Positions 9,579 through 20,163 of a stretch of DNA of 64,000 bases are shown in pieces; the stretch's first letter is position 1, and each line of letters begins with the position of its first letter. The notes under the pieces were generated by a model. It was not told the DNA's origin, searched no databases, and saw only the letters and a list, made by a program, of their open reading frames with translations. Position numbers and translations under genes: made by a program. Source of the DNA: Bdellovibrionales bacterium (GTDB lineage: Bacteria; Bdellovibrionota; Bdellovibrionia; Bdellovibrionales; UBA1609). The stretch covers positions 672,540 through 736,539 of the forward strand of contig OZ241911.1 in NCBI GenBank assembly GCA_965203785.1. The letters are read 5' to 3'.

Positions 9579-10163
9579 TTACTTTAGAGAAAGCACTGTT
9601 TTTTCTAATTTTTTAAATATTGTATCTTGGATGCGATACATTTCTCGACTATTACATGATTTAGACCCATGATTCCAACCTAATAAGTGCAACATGCCAT
9701 GTAAAATTAAATAATAAAGCCAAAATTGGAAATTTATTTTTTTTTGTTTTTTTAAAATAACCGGCAAACATAAAACTAATTCTCCCAACAAGGGGTTTTC
9801 TATATTGTGATCTTTGTTTGTGGTGTGTCTAAAATCCACCGATGTTTTTTTATGGGTATTTTTAGACATTTGTTCTTTAAACATAACTGATTCAACCATA
9901 GTTGATTTAACTAGAGATGGAAAACTCAAAATATCTGTTGAAACATTTTTATTTCTAAAATTAGAGTTGAGTTGTTGAATAGTTGATTCAGATACAAAAA
10001 CCAGTCGAACCTGTTTCGGAAAATTGTAATTCAATTCTGCAATGGGCATTTTGTATTTTTTAATTTCTTTAGAGATATGTTTTACCCATTGAGTTAAACA
10101 TTTTCGATCAATTAGTGTTTTAGATAAGTTATCTTTAGATAAATTAATAATTTGTGCTTTCAT
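9579..10163 (-). CDS. ybeY: rRNA maturation endoribonuclease YbeY (with a ~35-40 aa insertion relative to typical YbeY)
   Basis: Zn-binding motif HGMLHLLGWNH near the C-terminus and DILSFP upstream. At 194 aa it is longer than the usual ~150 aa. Confidence 0.8.
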   Translation of the reverse strand: MKAQIINLSKDNLSKTLIDRKCLTQWVKHISKEIKKYKMPIAELNYNFPKQVRLVFVSESTIQQLNSNFRNKNVSTDILSFPSLVKSTMVESVMFKEQMSKNTHKKTSVDFRHTTNKDHNIENPLLGELVLCLPVILKKQKKINFQFWLYYLILHGMLHLLGWNHGSKSCNSREMYRIQDTIFKKLEKTVLSLK

Positions 10164-10184
10164 TATTAGTTCTTTAATTAGCTT

Positions 10185-11810
10185 TTAATTACTTTTCCAA
10201 ATTTTTTGTTTTATGAGTGTTATAATTCCAAAAGCTTGGGGGGTTTTAAGCAACCAGTTGATTCCAATATATACAACACAAGAAGATAAAATAACAAAAA
10301 TCAAAGTTAAAATTCTTAATAAGTCAGATGGAGAGTGAGAAGAAAGAGGTAAAGCATTTAAACACCATTTCAAATATAAAAATAAAATATATAAAGATGG
10401 TATTACCCAAAAAAGGTTTTTAATACTTTGTATTATATATCCTCTACCTACACAAAAGGGGTGAGCCAGTGATAATAAAATTAAGAAAAATGCATTAGAA
10501 CACACGCTACTCCACACCAATCCTGATAAACTAAAATGATGGATCATAAACGGAGTTAAAAACCAATGGAATACAATATAAGCAATGCAAGAAAGAGCCG
10601 GAACCCATGTATTTTTTACTGCATAAAAACTCACTAACAACACACGGCTTAAAGAAGAAGTTACTAGTAAAACAGAATAAATACTTAAAACTTGAGCTGT
10701 TTTTTGAGCAGTTTCCGAATCGAACAACCCTCTTTGAAATAAAATTTCCACAATTGGAAGCCCTAAGAGCCAAAAACTTAAACTGCAAGGTAAAATTAAA
10801 AATAGTAAATGATCTCTATGCGTAGCAGCTGATTGTAACATTTTTTGTTTTTCCCCAGTGGCAATTAGTTGGGATAATTGAGGTAAGAGAGCAGTTCCGA
10901 GGCTAATGGCAATTAAAGATCTTGGGAGTTCTAATAACCGATCTCCATAGTAAATAAAAGTATGTGTTCCTTCTTCTAAATGAGCACAAAAATATAGATT
11001 TAAAAAACCAATGAGGGCAAATCCTCCTACTCCTAGCAGTCCTGGGAAAAACCGTAAAGCCATAACTTTCAAGTTTGTATAAGAGAACTGTTTAGTTAGT
11101 TGAGGTAAAAAACCTTTTTGATAAAGCACAAGTGCAGTTAAAAATACTTGAGCAATACCACCAGTTATAACTCCATAGCACAACAGCAGAGGAGGAAACG
11201 AAACACTACTTTTGGGTAAAAAAGCAAACAATATGATAAATATATTTAAACAAGCTGGAGCCAAGGCGGGAACAAAAAAATACCCCAAGGCATTAGCGAT
11301 TCCCATAAAATAAGCATATAGAGTGATAAAAAATAGATAGACAAACAACAATTTTGCCATCACAGTTGTCATGAACATTTTTCCTTCAACATTAAAAAAA
11401 GGTGTATGGATAAATAAAGCGTTTAAAATTGGGTCCATAAAAATAATTCCTAAAACGGTTAAAATACTGATACAGATTAATAAGATGGTATAGACACTGT
11501 TCATAAAATTTTTGGCACGAGTCAGGTTATCTTGAGTAGAATGGTTCGGGTTAGAAAAACATTGAATAAAAATAGGGATAAAGCTGATGGATAAAGCTCC
11601 TTCTCCTAAAAATCGACGAAAAAAGTTCGGCACACGGAAGGCTACAAAAAAAGCATCTGTTTCTGTTCGGGAGAAAAACATTCCGATCACAATGTCTCGG
11701 ATAAGACCTAAAATTCGTGAAATAAAAGTGCCAACAGACATCCAGAAAGCTCTGTTTCCGACAGTTTTTTGCAGTGTTAATTTCATGTTTGACTTTTCAT
11801 CACTTAGCAA
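10185..11810 (-). CDS. murJ: lipid II flippase MurJ (MviN)
   Basis: 14-TM-type ORF with the N-terminal MurJ signature SRILGLIRDIVIGMFF..TDAFFVAFRVPNFFRRFLGEGALS. Confidence 0.9.
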   Translation of the reverse strand: MLSDEKSNMKLTLQKTVGNRAFWMSVGTFISRILGLIRDIVIGMFFSRTETDAFFVAFRVPNFFRRFLGEGALSISFIPIFIQCFSNPNHSTQDNLTRAKNFMNSVYTILLICISILTVLGIIFMDPILNALFIHTPFFNVEGKMFMTTVMAKLLFVYLFFITLYAYFMGIANALGYFFVPALAPACLNIFIILFAFLPKSSVSFPPLLLCYGVITGGIAQVFLTALVLYQKGFLPQLTKQFSYTNLKVMALRFFPGLLGVGGFALIGFLNLYFCAHLEEGTHTFIYYGDRLLELPRSLIAISLGTALLPQLSQLIATGEKQKMLQSAATHRDHLLFLILPCSLSFWLLGLPIVEILFQRGLFDSETAQKTAQVLSIYSVLLVTSSLSRVLLVSFYAVKNTWVPALSCIAYIVFHWFLTPFMIHHFSLSGLVWSSVCSNAFFLILLSLAHPFCVGRGYIIQSIKNLFWVIPSLYILFLYLKWCLNALPLSSHSPSDLLRILTLIFVILSSCVVYIGINWLLKTPQAFGIITLIKQKIWKSN

Positions 11811-11857
11811 GATAAAGGTATAATTTGTGAGTCATTATATATCAGGAGTTTGAAATT

Positions 11858-12118
11858 ATGGCTAATCATTCTTCAGCAAAAAAGAGTATTCGTCAGACCA
11901 TTCGACGGTCTCAAGTGAATAAAAAGATATTCACTTACTTAGGGACTTTAGAAAAAAAAATACGCAATTTTGTTCAAAAAAAAGACAAAAAACAAGCCAC
12001 CGAGCAACTCAAATACTTTGCTCAAGCCATTAATCGATCGGTTAATAAAGGCTTAATTCACGCCAACAAAGCCAGTCGAAAACAATCCCGTTTGGCTATA
12101 TTAGTTAATCGCTCGTAA
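11858..12118 (+). CDS. rpsT: 30S ribosomal protein S20
   Basis: MANHSSAKKSIRQTIRRSQVNK... basic 86-aa protein, typical S20 N-terminus. Confidence 0.92.
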   Translation: MANHSSAKKSIRQTIRRSQVNKKIFTYLGTLEKKIRNFVQKKDKKQATEQLKYFAQAINRSVNKGLIHANKASRKQSRLAILVNRS

Positions 12119-12297
12119 ATTCTTAAGTTTTTTTCAAAAATAATCCTATCTGAACCTTTATTGAGTGGTTTATAGGGCATCTTTTTTTGTGCTGATGTAA
12201 TTTTGGCTTAAAAAATTTTAAAGATAGCTCATTTTGTGTCCGAAAAGTTTTAATGTGTTTTGAAGGAATTGTTTAAAGGTATTGAGGTGAGGTATTT

Positions 12298-13002
12298 ATG
12301 AAAGCCATTATTGTTACTTTTTTAACGTTTTTATTATCAGCTTGTCCAAACAATAATCGTCGACTGGGTTGGAATAATAGTCAGATTGCTCCTAATAATC
12401 AGGGTTTTAATAATCAGTTACAAAATATTCGAGTATCTAATAATACAGATATGTGTAATCCGGGTAATTGGGGAGGAGTGAGTTGTGTGAGTGGTTCTAA
12501 CAGGGATAAAGGTTTTAGAGATTTCTTATCATCTGGGATGGATGTTTATAGAGATGAGGATGTAGTGGGTGATATTAGTTGTCAGCCTTCTAATACAGGA
12601 GGTGCTAATGCTAATGCAGAGGGTTTTTTAATGAGATTAAGTATTGAATTAAACGGTGCTTTTGATGCATTTGGGAGTAATCAATTAACGGTTCAACCTA
12701 CTTCTTATATACAATTTAAGATAATTGATCGAGAGATTCCGGGAGCAGAAAAACCCAGCCCAGATATTAACATTAACCAAATTCGAGCCACTCGAGGTGA
12801 GGTTAACGGTAATCGGGTGACTATACATTTTGCAGATGAAAAGGGGACATTAGATTTAGAAGGCACATTTGATGCCAATACATTTAGAGGAGTTATTCGT
12901 TTTAAAAATAATGCATATTGGGATAACGCAGGTGATGGAGGTGCTGAAGGTGTTTTAGGAAACTTTGAAATCAACACTTGTCTAGCTTTTAGAAGTCGGT
13001 AA
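12298..13002 (+). CDS. hypothetical lipoprotein
   Basis: Signal peptide with lipobox LLSAC. No recognisable family. Confidence 0.6.
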   Translation: MKAIIVTFLTFLLSACPNNNRRLGWNNSQIAPNNQGFNNQLQNIRVSNNTDMCNPGNWGGVSCVSGSNRDKGFRDFLSSGMDVYRDEDVVGDISCQPSNTGGANANAEGFLMRLSIELNGAFDAFGSNQLTVQPTSYIQFKIIDREIPGAEKPSPDININQIRATRGEVNGNRVTIHFADEKGTLDLEGTFDANTFRGVIRFKNNAYWDNAGDGGAEGVLGNFEINTCLAFRSR

Positions 13003-13015
13003 TTTAAGGAGAGAG

Positions 13016-13861
13016 GTGAGAGGGGTGTTGCAGATAGCAGTGATTGGTGCTGGGCAAATGGGAAGTGGTATTGCTCAAGTATCTGCTGAAAAAGGTTTTA
13101 GAGTTCAGCTGATTGATGTGAATAGGGATGTTTTAAACAAAGCTTGTGAAGTCATTACTTTTAGCTTAGAAAAAAGGTTTTCAAAAAAACATATTGGTCA
13201 AACTCCTCAAGAAATTTTAAAAAACATTTATTTTAGTTGTTCTTTAGAAAATGTTGCAGGTTGTGAGTTAGTGGTGGAGGCAATTCCAGAAAATATCGAT
13301 TTAAAAAAAAAATTATTTCAGAAAATCTCTAAACTTATTGAGCCATCAGCTATATTAGTTAGCAATACTTCTTCTATTTCTATTACCAAGTTAGCAAGTG
13401 TAAGTTTCAAACCAGAACGCACAGCTGGGTTGCATTTTATGAACCCCGTCCCTTTAATGCCTTTAGTAGAAGTAATTAAAGCTAAGCAAACCAGCGATTC
13501 GGTTTTTAAATATCTTTTGCGTTTTGTGGATAAGTTGGGTAAAGAGGCGGTGACTTCTGAAGATCAGCCGGGGTTTATTGTTAATCGAATTTTAATGCCA
13601 ATGATTAACGAGGCTATTTTTGCTCTTCAAAGTGGAGTGGCAAAAGTAGAAGAGATAGATAAAGCCATGAAGTTAGGTTGCCATCATCCTATGGGTCCTT
13701 TGGCTTTGGCAGATTTGATTGGCTTAGATACTTGTCTTTCTATTATGGAGGTTTTGCATGAGGGGTTAGGGGATAAATATCAACCGTGTGCTTTATTAAA
13801 AAAGTATGTTGCGTCTAATTGGTTAGGTAAAAAAACTAAAAAAGGTTTTTATACTTATTAG
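13016..13861 (+). CDS. 3-hydroxyacyl-CoA / 3-hydroxybutyryl-CoA dehydrogenase
   Basis: Rossmann motif IAVIGAGQMGSGIAQV. HFMNPVPLMPLVEVI and GFIVNRIL motifs are typical of the Hbd/PaaH family. Confidence 0.88.
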   Translation: MRGVLQIAVIGAGQMGSGIAQVSAEKGFRVQLIDVNRDVLNKACEVITFSLEKRFSKKHIGQTPQEILKNIYFSCSLENVAGCELVVEAIPENIDLKKKLFQKISKLIEPSAILVSNTSSISITKLASVSFKPERTAGLHFMNPVPLMPLVEVIKAKQTSDSVFKYLLRFVDKLGKEAVTSEDQPGFIVNRILMPMINEAIFALQSGVAKVEEIDKAMKLGCHHPMGPLALADLIGLDTCLSIMEVLHEGLGDKYQPCALLKKYVASNWLGKKTKKGFYTY

Positions 13862-13866
13862 TTTAG

Positions 13867-13915
13867 TTATTTTTTAGTGGAAGTGTTTCAAAATGAGACA
13901 CTTATAACAATATTT
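13867..13915. repeat. decayed CRISPR-repeat-plus-flank remnant upstream of cas9
   Basis: 13867-13892 TTATTTTTTAGTGGAAGTGTTTCAAA vs 27230-27255 TTATTTTTTAGTAAAAGTGTTTCAAA gives 24/26 identical. Gapped similarity continues into the repeat body (TATAACA, TATTT). Confidence 0.4.
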
Positions 13916-14059
13916 TAAAAAATAAATTGTGTTTTTATAAAATGTTTTTAATATTATTGTATTTTTTTATTGCATAAAAAATTTACAGTGCTATCATTTT
14001 AGTTTTTAGTATTAAATATTAAAAGTCATGATCCAATATTAATTGGAAGGATTTATTAA

Positions 14060-17000
14060 ATGTCTTCTAAAACTAGCACTCATAAAAGTAATCCTCGCAA
14101 AAATAGTAACTTTGTTAGTCCTATATCTATAGATTTAGGTGCTAAAAACACAGGCGTATATTTTGCTCATTATAAGGCTGGTAGTTCCCCTAACGAAATC
14201 AATAAATCAGGTAAAGTATATCAGTTAGATAACAAAAGTTACACATTACTAATGGTTAATAGGACAGCTAAGAGGCATCAAAGACGTGGTTACGATCGTA
14301 AGCAAATGGTTAAAAGGTTATTTAAGCTGATATGGGAAAAGCATTTTAAATTAACTTGGGATAACAATATTCAGCAAAGTATTAGTTTTTTACTTAATCG
14401 TCGAGGTTTTACTTTTTTAACAGAAGAATATAATAAAGATATTTTAAAAGAATTTCCAAAAGAAGCTTATCAAGAATTATTAGATGCTTTACAAAAAAAT
14501 TCAGATAAACAAATACAAAATATAATAAAAAAGTTTAAAAATCAAAACCAAGATAGCTACGATTTAGATAGTGCTTTAATGGAGTGGTCACAATCAGATG
14601 AAGGTAAAAAGAATTTAGAATATTTTATTAGCTACAATAAATCCATTTGGAATTTTAAGATTAATAAATTTGATATTGAGAAAGCAGTTGAAAAAGCAAA
14701 CTTTGAACTACCTGATAAAAATGAAGAAAATTATGATAAAAAATATCGTCAATATGTAAACACTCATCTTCATCATTTATTTTTTGCTATTAATAAAATA
14801 TATAATGAACTGCAATCAGGATCGAGGCACAGAAGTAAGTATTTTGAAGAAGTAAAAAATGTGTTAGCAGACAAAAAAAACCATACTCATAGGTATTTAA
14901 AACAATTCGTAAAAAAGCTACATTTAGGTGGTTATAATAATGATGTAGAAAAAATTGATTCAGATAAATTATCCAATCTTATTAGCCATTTAAGTAATTT
15001 TGAACTTAAGCCTTTGCGTAAATACTTTAACGATATAAGACACACAAAAGGTGATAATTGGGATGAATATAAATTATCTAAGATATTTAATAATTGGATT
15101 TTAAATGAATGGCGTGTGGACTTTAAAAAAAATATACATAAAGCACAAAACAAACGAGTTGATTATAGCAATCTTAAAATTAAATGGAACAAATATTATG
15201 ATAGCAGTAAAAAAAATATTAAAATTAAAGCTAATATCATACAGTTTTTCTTAAAAGAAGATCCATTTTTAACTATACCTCCCTATCAAGATAATAAAAA
15301 TAGAAGACCTCCCAGGTGTCAGAGTTTAATTTTAAACCCTAAGTATTTAGATCAGCATTATAATGAGTGGGAGCAGTGGTTATTAGAATTACAAAAATTA
15401 GATTGTGTTAAATCTTACCTTGAGGATTATGAAGATGAATTAAAAAGGGTTAAAACTAGTGGCTGGTCTAAAAAAGAATCTAAAAATAAGAAAGAATCTA
15501 AAGATAAAAAGTCATTTTCTTATTTTAGTGGTATTAGTGATCAAAAAAGCAATTATCAAAAAGATGAGAAATACTTAAAAGCTCGGCAGTTACAATTTAT
15601 TTTTGATAGAGTTAAAAAAGATGACCCTTTAAACTTAAATAGCATATACAGTTGGTGCAAAAAATATCGGCAATCCCAATCCACTAATTCAGAAAAAGAT
15701 ATAGCTCAAAATAATTTAGAATCAGTTTTAACAAAAAACAAATTACCAAGTATTTTAAAATCAACAAGAGATTATAAAAATAATGTATTTTTGGATAAGA
15801 GTTTTTTACATTTGGTATGTAATTATTATAAATTTAGGAAAAGAGCTAAAGATGGTAGAATGTTTATTCATCCAAAGTATTGTTATATAAAGGGTTTAGG
15901 GTATACAAATACTGGTCGTTTTGATGATGTACACTCTTTACTTACTTACTGTAATAGACAACCAAGGCATAAAAGGCATCAAACTTTATCAGATTTAGCT
16001 GATGTATTACAGGTGTCACCTCAAAAGTTAAAAGAATTTTTAAAGATATCAGATAATACTGAAGCAGATAGTAAAATTAATGAGTGGTTAAACAGTATTA
16101 AAAGTTTAAAAACTAAATGTAGTGATTCGGCAAAAGAGCAAAAAAACCGCCGAGGTAGGTTAAAATCAGATATTCAATTTATATATAATGAGTTAATAAA
16201 AAATGAATTAATAGATAAGACAACATATCAGAAATTAAAAAGTGATAAACAAATTAAAAATTGTTTAAAAAATCTTGATAAAAAAGAAAAAGAAAACAAC
16301 AAAAATAAAAAATACAAAGATCACAAATACCTTGAGCTTTATTCTTTATGTGAAAAAGCAAAAAAGCTATGCATCGCATTAACTAAAGATTTATATAATC
16401 CAGCTCAACAAAAAAAGTGGGAAAAGATTTTAAATCGCAATCCAGCTACGGCTGTTTATTTATTGGCACAGGTTAATAATATAGTATTTAAAGATAGAAG
16501 TGGTAATGCTAAAACTTGTGCTGTTTGTAGCATGGATAATGCACAAAGAATGCAAACAGTAGAAAGCTCTAATGCTACTGAAACTCAATACTTCTTACCT
16601 GTTAAAGCTCAACGTTTGCCTGCTATATCTACTCGTATTATTGATGGGGCTGTAATGCGACTAGCAAGAATTGTGGGTCGTGCTATTTGTGATGATAAAT
16701 GGGAGGTTATTAAATCAGAATTAGAAGAAGATAAAAAAGTTTGTATTCCTATTATTACAGAGTCTAATCAATTTGAATTTGAGCCTTCGAGAGAAGCATT
16801 AGTTAAGGAACAAAGACAAGGGCGTAGAAGGGCTGGAAGTGTATTATCTAGAGAAGAAGCATTTAAAGTAGAAAATAAGATATTTGAAAATAAAGAAACA
16901 CGTATAAAGAAGTCAAATAAGGAGAATATTTGTCCTTATAAAGATGTTACAATATCAGGTAAGGGGCATATTGATCATATTATCCCAAGATCTTCTAAAA

Positions 17001-19222
17001 AACATGGTGTTTTAAACGATGAAGCCAATTTAATTTATGCATTTTGTGAGGGCAACCAACATAAAAATAATCAGTTTTTAACATTAAGTGGTTTACATGT
17101 TAAGTATAAAAAATCTTTATTTCCGAATTGCAATGATCAGCAAATTGAAGATTGGATTATAAAACAAATAGGTGATGGTGAAGGTGAAAATTTTAAGTTT
17201 GGAAAATACATAAGTTTTATCAATTTAAATCTTGATCAGCAAAAAGCTTTTCGCCATGCCTTATTTGTAGAGTCTTTAAGAAATAAGATTATAAATGCTA
17301 TTGATAACAGAAATAGAGCTTTTGTTAATGGTACTCAAAGGTATTTTGCAGAAGTGATAGCTAATAATTTGTATAAAAAAGTATTAGCACATAATGCTAA
17401 ACTTAAGAATAAAAAATCTGAAAATAAAAAAATAAATATTAAAAATTTATCTTTTGATTATTTTGGTGTGCCTGCTATATCTCATTTACAAATGGAAAGT
17501 ATCTATGATTTACGCAAAAAATATGAAAAAGCTTACTCTAAAGTATTTAAAAATTATGAAAAACATCCAAAAGAATCTCAAAAACCATTTTCGCATTTAA
17601 TAGATGCACAGCTTGCTTTTTGTTTAGTAGCAGATGCTCATAAAAAAGAGGGGAGTTTAAAAATCAATATCTCTGACAATTGCCCTTTATACCCTCCTAA
17701 AGAAAATAAATCTAAAGATAAGAAAAAATTTGAAGACACTTTATTTGGTAAAATCTATATTAGAAATAATGTAGTAGAGCAGATAGTTAATTTAAAACGT
17801 AGAAAAGCATATACAGTTGAGACTCATAATAGGCAATTAATGCAAAAAAAAGAAAAACAAAATCTATTAATTAGTTATCAGATTCATCGTGACAGTATGA
17901 TTTCAGAAAAGTTTATTCCATTATTAAAATGTAAAGACGGTGCTTTTAAAAAAGGTTTTACAATAAAAAATTCAATTCCTTTTGATAAAAAAAATATTGA
18001 TCTATTAAAGCCATTCTTAAAAAAGACTAAAAATAAATGTGCTGATTATAGTATTTTGATTATTGATAAAAGAAAAGCACAAAACTTTTTAATGGAAATT
18101 GGTCGTAAAGGAGCCACCTCTAATGAACAAAAAACAGCAAAAATTTTAAATGAATTATCCTATCAAACACTGAAGAAAGAAATTATATCTAAATTAACTA
18201 TTCCAAATAAAACTCCTAAAACAGTTAAGGAAGCAATAGATAATTGGGATAAATGTATTGATATTAAAGATTTTATTATTAATAAGAAAAATAAGAAAAT
18301 CACTTTACCCATTTATAATGAATGGAAAAATGTAAAAAAAGCTCTTCAGATGGCAGAGCCTACACAAAATTTACAAGATTTTTTTAAAAACAATTTATTT
18401 AAAAATATGCATACAAATAATGATCATAATAAAGTGAGACAAAAATTTTCTTTACCTGTCAAAATAGGGATAGGGAATGTAAGAATAAAAAGATCTTCTT
18501 GGGATGGGCGTGATATTATACAAATCTCTTCAGAAGAAAGTTTGGCAAAATATGGTTATGATGGCAATGAACGACCACATACATTCTTAAGCAAAAATTC
18601 CATTCCTATAAAACATTATTCAGGTATACCAAAAAAATTAAAACCATATCCATTAAAGTGGATTGATATTCTAAAACAAGATATAATAGATAAAAAAATA
18701 TTATCTGCACAAGTTAAAAATCAAGATGCTAGCAGGTGTTGTGTTAAAATACAAGTACAGTCTATTGATCATTTATCTGAACTCAAGAAGTTATTAAGTA
18801 ATCAAAATATTTGGAAAGGGAAAATAATACAATATAAAGAAAAAGATTTTTTAGAGCGATTACGTTTAAAAATAGAAAAAATAAAAAAAGCAAGAGAAAA
18901 TTTATTGGCTGAAAAAAAAGAAAAAAAAGGTAGCTGGACAACAGAACAAAGCAGTGATTATTCTAAGTTGGCAGATGATTTACAAAAAGTAAAATCTGAT
19001 ATACAATCAAAAAATGAGTTGGAAGATAATCAAAAATATCATTGTTTAGAATCTAAATGGTTTAAACAACCATTTAAATTACCTAAAGAACGTAACACAG
19101 TAGTAATAAAGAAAAGTAAAACACAAGATAATAAAACAACTTATCATCTGGAGTTTACTATACAAAAAAATGCTGATGCAAAAAAATGGTTAAATAAAAA
19201 TGAAACATCTAGTAATAAATAA
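14060..19222 (+). CDS. cas9: Cas9, type II-B (1720 aa)
   Basis: RuvC-I ISIDLGAKNTGV (D25). Arg-rich bridge helix RTAKRHQRRGYDRKQMVKRL. RuvC-II IPIITESNQFE. HNH GHIDHIIPRS...NLIYAFCEGNQHKNN (D972/H973). RuvC-III SHLIDAQLAF. Followed by cas1-cas2-cas4, a tracrRNA and the array. Confidence 0.93.
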   Translation: MSSKTSTHKSNPRKNSNFVSPISIDLGAKNTGVYFAHYKAGSSPNEINKSGKVYQLDNKSYTLLMVNRTAKRHQRRGYDRKQMVKRLFKLIWEKHFKLTWDNNIQQSISFLLNRRGFTFLTEEYNKDILKEFPKEAYQELLDALQKNSDKQIQNIIKKFKNQNQDSYDLDSALMEWSQSDEGKKNLEYFISYNKSIWNFKINKFDIEKAVEKANFELPDKNEENYDKKYRQYVNTHLHHLFFAINKIYNELQSGSRHRSKYFEEVKNVLADKKNHTHRYLKQFVKKLHLGGYNNDVEKIDSDKLSNLISHLSNFELKPLRKYFNDIRHTKGDNWDEYKLSKIFNNWILNEWRVDFKKNIHKAQNKRVDYSNLKIKWNKYYDSSKKNIKIKANIIQFFLKEDPFLTIPPYQDNKNRRPPRCQSLILNPKYLDQHYNEWEQWLLELQKLDCVKSYLEDYEDELKRVKTSGWSKKESKNKKESKDKKSFSYFSGISDQKSNYQKDEKYLKARQLQFIFDRVKKDDPLNLNSIYSWCKKYRQSQSTNSEKDIAQNNLESVLTKNKLPSILKSTRDYKNNVFLDKSFLHLVCNYYKFRKRAKDGRMFIHPKYCYIKGLGYTNTGRFDDVHSLLTYCNRQPRHKRHQTLSDLADVLQVSPQKLKEFLKISDNTEADSKINEWLNSIKSLKTKCSDSAKEQKNRRGRLKSDIQFIYNELIKNELIDKTTYQKLKSDKQIKNCLKNLDKKEKENNKNKKYKDHKYLELYSLCEKAKKLCIALTKDLYNPAQQKKWEKILNRNPATAVYLLAQVNNIVFKDRSGNAKTCAVCSMDNAQRMQTVESSNATETQYFLPVKAQRLPAISTRIIDGAVMRLARIVGRAICDDKWEVIKSELEEDKKVCIPIITESNQFEFEPSREALVKEQRQGRRRAGSVLSREEAFKVENKIFENKETRIKKSNKENICPYKDVTISGKGHIDHIIPRSSKKHGVLNDEANLIYAFCEGNQHKNNQFLTLSGLHVKYKKSLFPNCNDQQIEDWIIKQIGDGEGENFKFGKYISFINLNLDQQKAFRHALFVESLRNKIINAIDNRNRAFVNGTQRYFAEVIANNLYKKVLAHNAKLKNKKSENKKINIKNLSFDYFGVPAISHLQMESIYDLRKKYEKAYSKVFKNYEKHPKESQKPFSHLIDAQLAFCLVADAHKKEGSLKINISDNCPLYPPKENKSKDKKKFEDTLFGKIYIRNNVVEQIVNLKRRKAYTVETHNRQLMQKKEKQNLLISYQIHRDSMISEKFIPLLKCKDGAFKKGFTIKNSIPFDKKNIDLLKPFLKKTKNKCADYSILIIDKRKAQNFLMEIGRKGATSNEQKTAKILNELSYQTLKKEIISKLTIPNKTPKTVKEAIDNWDKCIDIKDFIINKKNKKITLPIYNEWKNVKKALQMAEPTQNLQDFFKNNLFKNMHTNNDHNKVRQKFSLPVKIGIGNVRIKRSSWDGRDIIQISSEESLAKYGYDGNERPHTFLSKNSIPIKHYSGIPKKLKPYPLKWIDILKQDIIDKKILSAQVKNQDASRCCVKIQVQSIDHLSELKKLLSNQNIWKGKIIQYKEKDFLERLRLKIEKIKKARENLLAEKKEKKGSWTTEQSSDYSKLADDLQKVKSDIQSKNELEDNQKYHCLESKWFKQPFKLPKERNTVVIKKSKTQDNKTTYHLEFTIQKNADAKKWLNKNETSSNK

Positions 19223-20156
19223 TTATGGTTCTTTTTTAGGTGTAAAAAATCATCGTTTGATGGTGAAGCAAAATGACAAAGCTCATTTTTATCCTCTGAA
19301 CCGTTTATGCACAGTATCTGTAGCGAAGAGTGGAGTTAGTGTTTCCAGTGATTTAATTGAGGCTTTTAGTAATCGTGGTATTAAGTTATTTTTTCTAAAT
19401 TTTAGAGGAGTGCCTCATTCTGCCATACTAGGGGAGTCGCAACATGGGGTGGTATCTGTCAGATTAGCACAAATGAAGTTTTGCCAATATGATACTTTAC
19501 CGTTAGCAAAAAAAATTGTAATTGCAAAAATTAAAAACCAACGTGCTGTTTTAAATTATATGGATAAATACCATCATCAGTCTATTTTACGATCCGCCTC
19601 TCAAAACTTGTTGTTAAATGCAGATAAGGTACAGTATGCAAAAGATTTAGATATTTTGTTAGGTTTTGAGGGAGCTTCTGCAAATATATATTTTCAGGCG
19701 TTACGGAGGGCAGAGCTTTTTTCATCTTCTTTTACAAAACGAGAGGGTAGAGGTAGTCAAGAAATTAACAATTCTATGCTGAACTTAGGTTATGCTGTTT
19801 TAAGCAGTTACATTTTAAATGCTATTGTTAATGCGGGTTTAGAGCCGTATTTAGGTTTCATGCACGGTTCAAGACCAGGGCGTATGGCTTTAGTGTTAGA
19901 TATTATGGAAGAATATCGTGCTTGGGTAGTGGATCGTGCAGTTATCAAACTTCGTTCTCAATCAGAGGGTATGACTTCTTTAGATGTTCATTTAAAAAAA
20001 CTCCTTATTAAAGAAATACAAAAAACTTGTTCTAAAAAATATTTATATCGCAAAAAGAAAACCAGATTAGAGCATATTATCCAAAGACAAGTATATCGTT
20101 TATGTAGTCATTTTTATAATGCTCAAAAATATAAACCTTATTTATTTAAATGGTAA
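19200..20156 (+). CDS. cas1: Cas1 integrase
   Basis: Typical Cas1 core: EGASANIYF, NNSMLNLGYAVL, GLEPYLGFMHGSRPGRMALVLDIMEEYR. Start overlaps the cas9 3' end by 23 nt. Confidence 0.93.
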   Translation: MKHLVINNYGSFLGVKNHRLMVKQNDKAHFYPLNRLCTVSVAKSGVSVSSDLIEAFSNRGIKLFFLNFRGVPHSAILGESQHGVVSVRLAQMKFCQYDTLPLAKKIVIAKIKNQRAVLNYMDKYHHQSILRSASQNLLLNADKVQYAKDLDILLGFEGASANIYFQALRRAELFSSSFTKREGRGSQEINNSMLNLGYAVLSSYILNAIVNAGLEPYLGFMHGSRPGRMALVLDIMEEYRAWVVDRAVIKLRSQSEGMTSLDVHLKKLLIKEIQKTCSKKYLYRKKKTRLEHIIQRQVYRLCSHFYNAQKYKPYLFKW

Positions 20157-20163
20157 TTTATAT

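Noticed and set aside
10531-10825. Small ORFs on both strands inside murJ; similar ones lie inside comEC, murG, cas9, the TPR gene, the TolQ-like gene and others
   Set aside because: These are nested in or antisense to long ORFs with clear family motifs, as expected by chance in AT-rich sequence with few stop-free frames.
13881-13916. Hairpin GTGTTTC-AAAAT-GAGACAC after the dehydrogenase gene as a simple terminator that would explain the repeat-like remnant
   Set aside because: It may well contribute to termination, but no T-run follows the stem directly. It also does not explain the 24/26 match to the orphan-repeat flank. Kept as an alternative in the cassette-flank finding.
14060-19222. 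Possibility that the 1720-aa protein is a type V (Cas12) or other single-effector nuclease
   Set aside because: A clear HNH insertion (DHIIPRS...N) between split RuvC motifs, an Arg-rich bridge helix right after RuvC-I, and a cognate tracrRNA identify it as Cas9.
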